Source of the DNA: Octopus vulgaris
Taxonomy: Eukaryota
Length of the DNA stretch: 64,000 bases
Direction of reading: 5' to 3'
Assembly (NCBI GenBank): GCA_951406725.2
Contig: OX597826.1
Span: forward strand, 32,240,001 to 32,304,000
In this document: positions 52,211 to 64,000 of the stretch, piece after piece
Position numbering within the stretch: position 1 is the first letter of the stretch
How the letters are laid out: the number at the start of each line of letters is the position of its first letter
Program-made: the position numbers and the translations under genes
Notes under the pieces: generated by a model
What the model saw: only the letters and a program-made list of their open reading frames with translations
Told to the model about the DNA's origin: nothing
The model's database searches: none

Positions 52211-53324
52211 CATACATACATACATACATACATACATACATACATACATACATACATAGACAGATATTTATATGTACATATAATGTAATATATATGTATA
52301 CACACACATATATATGTATGTGAATATATATGTTGTGAGAATAGAATTATGCTAAAATCACTCTCGTCTGGATATGTCCATGATCATAACACATGTGAGT
52401 GATTCAGGTTGCCCTTAGATTTTAACATCTGACCTTTGTCCCTTGTAAGATTCATAGAAACATCAAATGTTCTGCTTTTTATTCAATGGATTCTGCAGTC
52501 TTAGAATTTACAGAATAATTGTGATAAGAACTAGAATACCACAAGTTTAAGTGAATATTTGTATGGTTGTGTGAGAAAATGCCATTTTGTATGATTGTGT
52601 CTATTAGCCATGAAGTTGTTTATATTTAAAGAATGACAATATCTTTAAGTTAGCAATAGAATGGTTTCTAATTTAGGCACAAAGTCAGCAATCTTGAAAA
52701 GGTGGAAGTTAACCAATAACTTTGACCCTATACATCACTGACACTTGACTGACACTTGACTGGATATATGTATGCATCAATGGGTATGTGTGTGTGTGTG
52801 TGTGCATAGGTATGTGTATATGTATGTACCTGGGTATGTGTATGATGTCACATGGTCTGGTGGTTTAAGGAGTTGCACTTGCTAGTTTCAATTCCCAGAT
52901 TGGGCGGTGCATTGTGTTCTTGAGCAAAACACTTCATTTCAGGTTGCACCAGTCCGTTCAGATGTAAACGAGTTCTGGCAATAGATGGGAAGTTAACCCT
53001 GTGATGGACTGGCGTACCATCCGGGTGGGGAGTGTTATAGTCTTAGTTACTTATACCACCATTTAAACTGGGATAAGCCGGAGCTCATGCAAGTGATGTT
53101 GTTTGTTTCTGGTCTTTTTTGAAAAACATGTTTTGCAACGAGGAAATATTAAATTTTTGGGAAACAGGTGAGGATAGGTATCAGGAGAAACATCCAAATG
53201 TAGAAAATCTGCCTCACCAAATTCCATCTGACCCATGTAGGTATGGAAAAGTGGATGCGAAAATGATGATGATGATGATGAACAGAAATGGCTAATTTTT
53301 TTATCCTCTTTGTACTATTTTAAA

Positions 53325-53757
53325 GGCACCTGTGTTGGTGCCATGTGAAAAGCATCCAGTACACTCTGTAAAGTGGTTGGCATTAGGAAGGGCATCCAGT
53401 CATAGAAACTGTGCCAACTGGAGCCTGAAGCAGCTCTCCTGCTTGCTATCTTTGATCAAATCCTCTAACCCATGTCAGTGTGGGAAATAGATGTTAAATG
53501 ATGATGATATGACGACGACAATGATGATGATGATGATGGTGACAATGATGACAACAACGATGATGATGATGATGATGACGATGATGACGATGATGACGAT
53601 GGCAACGATGACAACGATGATAATGATGATGATGACAACGATGATGATGATGATGATGACGATGATGACGATGATGACGATGGCAACGATGACAACGATG
53701 ATAATGATGATGATGACAACGATGATGATGATAATGGTGATGATGATGATAATGACA
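53325..53757 (+). mobile_element. RTE tail with expanded (GAT/GAC)n containing an 81-bp tandem duplication
   Basis: gtggttggcattaggaagggcatccag...gatgttaaatgatgatg; ggcaacgatgacaacgatgataatg occurs at 53601 and 53682. Confidence 0.75.
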
Positions 53758-54094
53758 ATTCTTCAAGTCTAAATTTAAAATGAAATGATATACCAACTGA
53801 GTTAAAATAAGGATGAGCAGACGATGGAAGCAGCAGTGGCAGCAGTAGCAGCAGATGGGAAGAAATATTGAGATTAAATTCTCAAGCAACTTGTACTTAT
53901 GTAATTAAGTAGGGATGAGGTGGAGAAGGAAGCATTGAATTAGTACAGAGATTTAATTGGAAATAATGATTGGAAATAAAAAGAAAACAATAAATAAATA
54001 TAAGATAAAATAAACATGGAGAGACAGAAAGAAAAAAGAAAAGGGAAAAGGAAAAAGATAAACTAGAAATGGAAAGGTAGGGAACTGGTAAGAT

Positions 54095-54720
54095 TAATGA
54101 TGATGATGATGGTGATGAGGATGATGATGATGATGCTAGAGAGGTGGTTGTAGTGGTGGTGATGATGATGATGATGATGACGATGATGATGATGATGACG
54201 ACAATGATGATGATGAAGATGATGATGGTAATGGTGAGTGTAATGGTGGTGATGATGACCATGATAATGATAATGCTGCTGCTGCTGCTACTGCTACCGC
54301 TGCTGCTGCTGATGATAGTAGTGATGGTAGTGGTGGTGGTGGTGGTGGTGGTGGTGGTGGTGGTGGTGGCGGTGGTCATGGTGGTAATAGTGATGGTGGT
54401 GGTGTTGATAGCGAGGAGGAAGTTTATGGGGATTTGATGATGAGGATGATGGTGGTGATGACAGTGGTGATAAAGATGATGATGATGATGATGATGATGA
54501 TTATGATGATGGTAATGATGGCAGTAGCAGCAGCTACATGATGACGATGATGCTAATGATAGTGATTATGGCTTTTCTAGTATTGCTGATGTTAATGACG
54601 ACAGCGATGATGATGACAATAACTACAATGACGACGACGATGATGACGATGATGATGATGATAACGACGACGATGACGACGACGATGATGACGACGATGA
54701 CGACGACGCAATGATGATTC
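54095..54720. repeat. Compound (GAT)n/(GGT)n/(GCT)n/(GAC)n trinucleotide field
   Basis: Read directly. Confidence 0.9.
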
Positions 54721-55974
54721 AGACAAGGAAGGTGATTAATGGTGGTATTGGAGCCGATGGTAACAGTGATTAATGTTTGAGTGGTAATAACAGAGCTGAA
54801 CAACAACAACTACAACAACAACAAAAGACAGAGATCAAACAGTGCACAAAGAGTCCGTTTTCTTGCGCTGGAGGTTAAAATTTAAATAAGGGAACTTGTT
54901 GCATAAAAATGTAACAAGAGGGGCAAACGCTAATTTCACAGCATTTATCATGGAAGCCCGCACATCGTTATATCGTTGAAGTCTTTTCTCTCTCACCTCC
55001 CTGTCATCTAAAATGACGATGTAATAACACAGCACAGACCACATTGAAGGAACACAAAGAGCGTAGGAATTCTTTCTACCAATTGCATTTCAACAGAAGA
55101 TATTTATTAAAATGCTATTAATTAAATTTTTAAAAAAATAATTAAATTTAAATAAAGAAATATAATTAAAAGTGAAGGAAGCTTAAAAGATCCCTTAATG
55201 AGAATATAGCTTTTTATTTTTGAAAAAAAAATAGGAAAAAATTATAGTTGAAGAATAATAATTTCTTGTCTTGTGGAATTTTCTGGGTTTTGTGAAGTGG
55301 AGAAGGAAATGGAAAATAAAAATGAGAATGAGAACAACAAAAGATAAATAAATAAATAAATGAAAAAATCTATAACACACAATAATAAAAATGAAAATGT
55401 TGGGAATTTCAAGAAGCATATTTTCAGAGAATGTATCTAAAAATTGCTTCTATTATGTGTTTATATTAACTTTAATTAAAGATATTTATTCAGAAATTTG
55501 GAGACTAGAATATTCTGAATTTTAAACAATATGAGAAAGTTATTCTTAACTTAAAACAAAAGAAATGATATCTTTGTCAAGGTATCTATTGCAAAAAGCT
55601 GACTTGCAACAAAAAGATTGAAAATAAATAACCTCAATCCCCACCCCCTACCAGAACAAAAAAAAAGAAGAAATATAAATACATAAATAAAATATAGCAA
55701 GAAAATGGCGAAGTTCCTGAAAGGAGAAGATAAAATAAAGCCGCAAATGTGCTGTGCTTATTGTACCATGAGAAGTAATTATATAAGCTGTCTATAGCTT
55801 GAAAGTTACATATCAATACGACATACGAATGATATTAGAAATGGTCTATGGATGGATAATTTAATTTCATTCCTTGTCTGTCTATCAATTTATTTGTCCA
55901 TCTGTCTGAGAGTTTTTGCCTAGATTTGTCCTACCTTGTTATTATCATTATTACTAATATTATTGCTATTATCC

Positions 55975-56023
<49 letters not shown>

Positions 56024-56487
56024 TATTATTATTATCATTATTATTATTATGTTTTGCCTTGTGGATTTTCTTGTGCATACATTTACCAGTACCAAAGAGA
56101 CCACGTGCCTTGCTTACCCAACTACGACAAAATATATATCAGTCTGCAAATTTATAAATGCATGCATGAATGTATAATGCAAATAAATTTAGCTTGTAGT
56201 TGCTATCTTAAAGCTTTATACAAAATATTCTTCAAACAAAGACAGTCAATAACAAGGAAAGATTTCCATGGTGTAGCAACTAAACAAGAACAAGATAAGT
56301 GGTTTGCTAGTTTATGATATTGTATCTGAACTCTTTCACATCAGAGTCAACAAAAAATAATCAGTTTTAATTTCAACTGAACATTCTATAATCCTCGGTT
56401 AAAGGAAGCAGGAAGCTGTGTATTATTAACTCTCGCAGAATTCAGTTTCACATAAAATTACAAGCTGTATAGCAAGTTCAAATTACA

Positions 56488-57066
56488 CACAGACATGCAG
56501 GAAGTAAATAGACCCCTTTAATTTTCAGAATCTTTTATTTGATATTAATTGGTTGAAGGAAAGGTTTTCTTCTAGCTGCTTGTCCATAATACCCAAGCTT
56601 ATGCAGATATGTAACACACATTCTTGGACTAACTTCTAGCTGTTTTGCAATGTCAGAAGCCTTCGAACAGGGTTCGTTTTCCACAATTCTCTTCAAACAG
56701 CAAAGTTTCCTTTCTGAAGGCCCAGGTGGGCCAGGACAAGAATCTGTTGATTCTTTTCCTTGGCTTTTGAATTGCACTATAATTCCATTAACTGTAGCAA
56801 GAAGAATTTGAAGATTTTTGGTAATTTTTCGCTGGCTAAGTCCAGCCTCAGATTGCTGAGCAATACGACATCTTTGAAAATCTGACAGTTCTGCTGAATT
56901 TTTTGTGCGTTGCATGGTTACTCTTCACAAATGCTTAATATTATGGCACATGGAATGAAAAAGAATAATTACATTGTAAATTCTACACCGCTGAAAACAT
57001 ATTAAGATGCTTAGATCAGAAATTTTTTAAAATTAAAGACGACTATTTACTTCCTGTATGTCTGTG
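56488..57066 (-). mobile_element. Internally deleted Tc1-family transposon
   Basis: TIRs cacagacatgcaggaagtaaatag / ctatttacttcctgtatgtctgtg followed by TA; about 580 bp. Confidence 0.85.
56535..56915 (-). CDS. Tc1 transposase N-terminal paired-like HTH DNA-binding region only (126 aa, no DDE domain)
   Basis: ELSDFQRCRI...GLSQRKI...L.I..ATV..IIVQFK..G...SER...LHKLGYYGQAARRKPFL is typical of the Tc1 N-terminus. The ORF is open from ATG to stop; expression is unknown. Confidence 0.6.
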   Translation of the reverse strand: MQRTKNSAELSDFQRCRIAQQSEAGLSQRKITKNLQILLATVNGIIVQFKSQGKESTDSCPGPPGPSERKLCCLKRIVENEPCSKASDIAKQLEVSPRMCVTYLHKLGYYGQAARRKPFLQPINIK

Positions 57067-57411
57067 TATATGCATTCAAACACACGCATGTACACACACA
57101 TGTATGTAGATGGACATTCATTTATAAAATATATTATAAAAATAGTATTTTATTTTATGTTAGCTCTTTTCCTTATAAGGTAGAAACCTGTATCAGATTT
57201 CTCTCTTAGGTGAAAATGGTGAAGTGCATGGTTGTTTCATAAATCCCAAAGAATTTCATATATTTTTTAACAATACATGCATATGTGCACAAACACACAC
57301 TTAGACAATCAGACATATATACACACATGCACACACATGCATCTGTAGCTATCTATCTATAGATGTATCTCTTTATCTACATGTATGTGTGTGTAAACTT
57401 ATATATTTATG

Positions 57412-57442
<31 letters not shown>

Positions 57443-57457
57443 GTATGGAAGGATGTA

Positions 57458-57490
<33 letters not shown>

Positions 57491-58462
57491 CTATCTATAT
57501 ACATACATATGTTTATATATGCATATATATATATATATGTTTATATATGTATATATAGGTTTGTGCTTGTGTGTGTGTGACGGAACGATACATAGATACA
57601 TAGATTACATAGGTTTGACATTATTGTTAACCTTCCTCAACATTTTCTGATATCCATTTCCAAGACTTCAGATAGAAATGAATTCCCTGAAGCTATTCTT
57701 CTGATGGCAGAAAATAATTCTTGTGTCCTGTCTTATGCATTTTACTTCGATATTTCTTCATTATACACAAGCTGAAATCTTATCTTTGCAAGTTGTAAAC
57801 TAACAGGTTCTGAAGAATTTTGGCTGAGTATATGAAGAGTGACACATCCAAATATTATTCTCAATACTTTGGCTGTTCTTAAACATACAGTTTTGCTAAA
57901 AAATTGGTTTGATTCCGGAGGTGTAAATTGATCATAGTAAGAAAGCAAGACCACTGTATATATTTCACCCATCATTCATTATCTTGGTGTTGTGAAATCT
58001 AATTCCACTATGAGTCATCATTTAGAGATACAAACTTTTCAATATAGCAGCTGGCTTACACAGTCATGCATACATATATACACATGTATATATACCATAT
58101 ACAGAGAGATAGAAAGAGAGAGAGAGAGATAGACAGACAGAGACAGATGCACACACAGACATGGAAATATAGGTATATCAAATACCATACAACTTAGTGT
58201 CCTTATTTGTTAAAATCATTTCCACCACAAGATGTGTCACAATTACCCAATGCAAATCAATACCAGTTCCATATAAGAAGGTGATATAAATTCAAGAATG
58301 AAGGAATTTTGGAAGTTAACATGCTTTTTGGATGGAGATAAGTGGATGGTTATGGACGACCCTAGCAATCATCAGCACAATTGTCTTACTTTAACTCCAG
58401 CAGCCAAGAGACATTGACACATGCTAAAGATGAAACTTTTCTGCACCCCTTGTATATATATA

Positions 58463-58835
58463 CTAGCAGTATCGCCCGGCGTTGCTCGGGTTTGTAAGGG
58501 AAATAACTATAATGCATTTTTAGAGAGTTATAGCCAAAAAATGGAAAAAAAATGATGGTAAATTTTTTTTAGTTAAAAAGGTCGAGTTGCGCCCCCTAGA
58601 CAGTCTGTGGTTTGTGTTTCTGATTCTCGACCCCATGTCGAATTTATCGATTTTTTTCAGAACTGGGGGAACTTTTCAAAATTTTCGCTGCGTTAGTTTT
58701 GAATTATGACATTGGGCTATGTGTGTGTCAAGTTTCATCAGAATCGGTTGAAAGCCGTGGTCAGGGTGAGGGTACAACCTAACAGACACACAGAAACACA
58801 CACAGACAAACTGCCGTTTATATATAGAGAGAAGA
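58463..58835 (-). mobile_element. Non-autonomous Helitron
   Basis: On the - strand: A|TCTTCTCTCTATATATAAAC...CCCGAGC-AAC-GCCGGG hairpin...CTAG|T. This gives a 5' TC, a 3' CTAG, a subterminal hairpin and an AT target with no TSD. Confidence 0.85.
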
Positions 58836-59124
58836 TAAATACACACACACACACACATACATACAATAAGATATTATAATATATTAATATATTAAGATGT
58901 ATTGAATAGATTATAACATAGGTGGTTATGGCAAGTAAAACCAAAAAGGAAAATTGATAATTGACCCTGCAAAATAGCACTTACAATTGCTAGAAATGTG
59001 AACTAAAATTTAACTCAAACAGCCACACAAAAGCACTAACCTCTTGAAATATTTGGGACTGCAAGCAGCAAGCACATCTTTCATTGGTGAGATGTACTTG
59101 CAGAATGCAGTATATATATATATG

Positions 59125-59648
59125 TCGTCATCATCATCATCATCGTTTAACGTTCATTTTCCATGCTGGCATGGGTTGGACAGTTTGACTGAGGACTGGC
59201 AAGTCAGTAGGCTGCACCAAGCTCCAATATGATCTGGCAAGGTTTCTACAGCTGGATGCCCTTCCTAACTCTGAGAGTGTAGTGGGTGCTTTTTAAGTGC
59301 CACCAGCATGGGAACCAGTCAGGTAGCACTGGCATTGGCCACAACTAAGATTTCCATTTTGATTTTGATTTTTTGATTTTACTCGACTCAATAGTTCTTC
59401 TCAAGCACAGTGTATCACCTGATGATTCAAGGGTACTTTTAAATGGGCTGGTTATGCAATAGTGGTATCAGCCATGGCTGTGATCTCACTTAACTTGCTG
59501 GGTCTTCTCAATCACAGCATATCTCCATAGGTCTCAGTCTCTTGTCATTGCCTCTGTGAGGACCAACATTTGACGGTCATGCTTCACCACCTCATCCCAT
59601 GTCTTCCTGTGTCTCCCACTTCCAATGGTTACTTCCATTGTTAGGGTG
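59125..59648 (-). mobile_element. 5'-truncated RTE-clade LINE: ORF2 C-terminus, 3' UTR and (GAT)n tail
   Basis: 59486-59648 on the - strand translates TLTMEVTIGSGRHRKTWDEVVKHDRQMLVLTEAMTRD*DLWRYAVIEKTQQVK*, the RTE GRPrktW...D...dR..Wr C-terminus. Confidence 0.85.
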
Positions 59649-59863
59649 TGTGTGTGTGTGCATATATATATATATATATATAATAGTGTACATTTAAACA
59701 CAAGAAAAACTACCTTTAACAGGTAATTTTACCCGCTAGAAGAAGCAGTCAAAACCACCAAAACCACACTGTAAAAAATAAAATAAGGCTGAAGCAAGTG
59801 AACACCAAATATATAGTGCGTGTGTTTTTATTGGCTAAACTGGCAACATGACCATCCCTAAAT

Positions 59864-59982
<119 letters not shown>

Positions 59983-60635
59983 TAGATAGATAGATAGATA
60001 TAGATAGATAGATAGATACACACATACACATTTAATTTTATTAAAATGCTGGATTAAGCATTGATCATACCCCAACCACCATCAGTTTGGTCATCTGGTG
60101 GTTCATCAGGAAAAATGATGACAATGGGTGATTAATATATTTACTCTCAATGGACTGATGAATGATATAACTGACAATTGTTATGTGATTGATGATTAAT
60201 CTAGATATTGAAATATGATTATTAGATTCGACATCTTAGTATTGAATGACAAATAAAAATTATCTGTCAATTAGCAAATTCTAAATTAGAAAAAAAATGG
60301 ATTTCTGATGTCAATCAAGAAAAATTAGAATGAGGTAAATGGTTCAAATCCTAAAAATCTATTCTCTGGAAAAAGGAAATTTAAAGAATTTAAAATTGGT
60401 AAATAATGATGAGATCAATAATGAGTGTTTTGCAGGACTTAAATACTATAATTTTATTGCAGTAAATTAAACCGTCACTCTGTAATGCTTCTGGTGTCAA
60501 TAACATAAAAATTGGATTTATGTTGGTATTGAATTAATTGATTCTAAGTCAATTTCTGTAGATTACTCTGAAAAAAATGGAACTGGCCTCATGACCTGAT
60601 GAAGAGAATCAATATATTTAGTATTTGTTATTCAG

Positions 60636-61047
60636 GTGAACAATTGTGGGCCTCACAGAGGCAAAGTGGCTGTGTACCTTTCGAGTGATGGGCCTCATGG
60701 AAATAATGGCCAAGACTTTGGCATTATGTCATGCTTGGGAAGAAGATCTATCAAGCCAAGCAAAATCATAGTCATGGCAGATACCAGTGTCAGACAAATT
60801 GGCACCATTGCCGGTGGCACACAAATGCACTCTGGTGTCATGCAAAAGACACCCGTGCTGATGGCATGTAAAAGAACCCATTACACTCTCAGAGAAGGTG
60901 GTGTTAGGAAGGGCATCCAGCTGTAGAAAACCATGCCAAATCAGAGTGGAGTCTGGGTCTGGTGCAGCCTTTCAGCATGCCAACCCAGTCAAACAATCTA
61001 ATCCATGTCAGCATGGACAACAGGTGTTAAATGATGATGATGATGAT
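60636..61047 (+). mobile_element. RTE-derived 3' fragment with (GAT)n tail
   Basis: gcctcacagaggca (end of ORF2), then gttaggaagggcatccagctgtagaaa...gttaaatgatgatg. Confidence 0.7.
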
Positions 61048-61574
61048 TAAGTTATCCAAGGGTATGTCACAGCTCAGAAAAATGGTTCATTTGAAACCCA
61101 TTTTGGGTATTAATACTATGTTTTCATACAAAAAAGCTTAATTAGCTTAGAAATTAATTCTAAAACCTGGTTCAATTTCCTTAAATAGTAAGTACTGTCT
61201 TGAGTCTGTGGGTTCAGAGAGCCTGTTACCTGGTTTACAGAGCATATAAGTGGCCTGAGATCACAATATTTCTCCTGAAGTCTGTCACAGGGTTACTCAC
61301 TCCTGAATGGATTGGAGTAACATGAAATGAAATGTTTTATTCAAGAATGCAATGCACCTCGTCTGGGAATTGAAACAACACCTTCTGATCATGCGGACAA
61401 TACCCTAACCACAAGGCCATATACCTCACCATTATCCTTAACTGGAATTTTCAAAAATGGTATTTGCATATTTCCATTTCATGTTATTGAATTTCACTTA
61501 TTTTTATCATTTGATCAATGACCATTGGGCTGGTTACACTTCATCAACATTTCAATTGATTGAAACTATATTGA

Positions 61575-61794
61575 CCCTTTAGCATTTAGTCCAACGATAT
61601 CTGGCTCAAATATTTTACTTGTTTTATATTCAAACTAGCCAGATCTGACCTTTGATACCTACCCTACTATGTCATTCTAAAAATAAACAATCACATCATT
61701 GAAATCTCAAAGCTACAGGATAACATATTATTAATTCAAAACAATGTGAATAAATACATATTACATTTGACAGAGTAGTCCGAATGCTAAAGGG
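61575..61794. mobile_element. piggyBac-type MITE, uninterrupted
   Basis: ttga|ccctttagcatt...aatgctaaaggg|ttaa; perfect 12-bp TIR, left TSD mutated. Confidence 0.8.
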
Positions 61795-61964
61795 TTAAAT
61801 CCTATAAAGTACATTACATCAATTATGAAATTACTTCAATTTCAGCTTGAGAGATTTGATCATGTTGGGCATTGCTGTTGTTCAGCTTAACTGCAACGAA
61901 TATTTGTTTAACCATAATTTCAAGAGATTACCTTCTCAATTGGAAAAAAATTTTGAATTGAAGT

Positions 61965-62362
61965 TCAAAACCAGAAATTTTGAAGGAAAAGAATTAGTTG
62001 ATTACATCCATTCTGGTACATGAAGGGTTCATTAATTTAAAAGGTTCATTAATTTAAAGGCAAAGTTGACTGTGGCAGGATTTGAACTCAAAACAGAAAT
62101 GTAACCAAATACCCCATTTTGTCCAATAAACTGCCCTTATCCATGTAATATTCTTTTCTCCTCTAGGTACAAGGCCTAAAATTTTGGGAAGGGGCCAGAC
62201 GATTAGATGGACTCTAGTACGCAACTGGTACTTAATTTATCGACCCCAAAAGGATGAAAGGTAAAGTCGACCTCAGTGGAATTTGAACTCAGAACGTAAA
62301 GACAGATGAACTGCTACTAAGCATACTACTCCTGATTTCTAATGATTCTCCCCATTCACTGC
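61965..62362 (-). mobile_element. Two SINE group C copies (61965-62140 degenerate; 62150-62362)
   Basis: ctggtacttaatttatcgaccccaaaaggatgaaaggtaaagtcgacctcagtggaatttgaactcagaacg. Confidence 0.75.
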
Positions 62363-63435
62363 ATTATTAAAATTTAATATCAGTATCAATAATTCTGTGT
62401 CAGTTTAAAGATAATTTCGTCCAACTCATTTCAGTTTTGTCATCCATCACTATTTTCTGTTTTTTAGTTCTTTTGTAATTTTGTAACCTGAATTTCAGAA
62501 TCAGTCAAAGAGATTTTGGCAGTTGTTGTCATTCATGACCTGGTTTTCATTGCGTTTTAAAACCATTTTTATTTCTTTATAACGGAGCAATGAATGCTAC
62601 AGTTTTTGACACTCACTCTTACAAACAGGTCAGAGAATGAAGGTTAATGTTTAAGGACCTTTTTTTGTTTTTGTTTAGGGCCCTCAAGATAGTTGGTAGG
62701 AAGAGAAGACGATATCTTCAATGCCAGAGACCTGGACCATACACCTGCAGTAGAGCTTGAATCTGTTAAAGGTACCTGAAGATAGGGGGAGCTGGAGGGC
62801 ATGTGTTAAGCAGAGTAAATGATTAAGCCTACCAGCTAAAGAGAAAAGAGAGCAATTTAACAATAACCATTGTCACTACTACTACTACTACTACTACTAC
62901 TTGTAGTGTTGTTACTAATAATACTTTTTTTACTTCTAGTTTGACTTCAACAATCACTGGAGGTTACCCAACTTCACATATACACACACACACACACACG
63001 CACATACACACACACACGCACACACACACACGCACATGCATATGCATGCACATATACACACGCACTCACTGAACACTCTGACTATTAGTATTCTATAATT
63101 ATTGACTACGTTTGCTGCTGCGATTTATAATTAATTCCGTTTTGACAGCATTGTGACTCAAGGCTGCTACAAATTAGTATTTCATTTGTCTTGGAAAAAT
63201 GTAATACGCTCCACCCTCCACCCATAGACGCATGCACACACACACACTATCACCACAAGTCATTCAGGTGGGTTAAATTCTTTTATTATATATTACCATT
63301 TGTATTCGTTCAATTTGTGTGCTTATGTATGTTACTAGTGTGTGTATATGTATATGTGTGTGTGTGTATATGCATATATATATACACTCATATAAATACA
63401 TATATATATATATATGTATATATATGTATGCATGT

Positions 63436-63471
<36 letters not shown>

Positions 63472-63546
63472 CCACACACACATATATATATATGCATAGA
63501 TACACAAAAATATATGTGTTTATATATATATAAGTGTATATACATA

Positions 63547-63602
<56 letters not shown>

Positions 63603-64000
63603 CAGTTATGTACGTATGTATTTATCAGTGTGTACCTGTGTGTATTCACCTGTGATTGCCTCTCCATGTATAGGTATGTAGGTGTACGTGTATGCAATTG
63701 AAAAAACTGTTTTGTTTATTTTTTTTTAAACTACCCATTTTCATTTTCCAAACGCTTTGTTATTATATTTGAACTCAAATAATATTCACTAGAAAATTAC
63801 TATTTACTTCCTTGTATTTATTTATTTATTGAATTTTGTTTCTCGATCTTTATTTATATATAATTTTACGGTTTATTTATATTGTATTTTTTTTTATTTT
63901 TTGCCAATTATTTTTATATATATATCTTTTTTATTTATTTTTGCCCGTTATTGATTTTTTTTTTGAAAGAATCAATCAAATGTCTGAAATTGAAAATACA

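Noticed and set aside
57742-57975. 77-aa - strand ORF
   Set aside because: No recognisable domain; the length is compatible with chance.
60060-60630. AT-rich stretch that looks like decayed coding sequence (similar at 10640-10990 and 44380-44500)
   Set aside because: Multiple stops and no identifiable motif; it cannot be assigned without a search.

Overview
Eukaryotic, very AT-rich, repeat-saturated sequence with no recognisable intact host gene, rRNA, tRNA gene or CRISPR array. The SINE/LINE families and the (TA)n/(CA)n/(TATC)n/(ATT)n/(CAT)n landscape look to me like an Octopus (coleoid cephalopod) intron or intergenic region. That is recognition from memory, not a database result. Nearly all ORFs in the track are microsatellite translations. 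The only real coding remnants are transposon-derived: a decayed Hsmar1-like mariner (37965-39095), an internally deleted Tc1 keeping only its DNA-binding ORF (56488-57066), a foldback built from two mariner 3' ends (23150-23699), an R4/Dong-like endonuclease fragment (27990-28490) and an RTE ORF2 C-terminus (59125-59648). There are three tRNA-headed SINE groups (my labels A, B, C), piggyBac-type TTAA MITEs, a Helitron and a Helentron-like element. The most unusual items are a structured GC-rich insert with 91-bp direct repeats, repeated use of the SINE A internal microsatellite as an insertion site, a same-strand CAGGTA cluster at 14.7-15.3 kb, and weak + strand exon candidates. I found no convincing new multi-gene system. 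Boundaries of degenerate repeats are approximate (about +/-20 bp).
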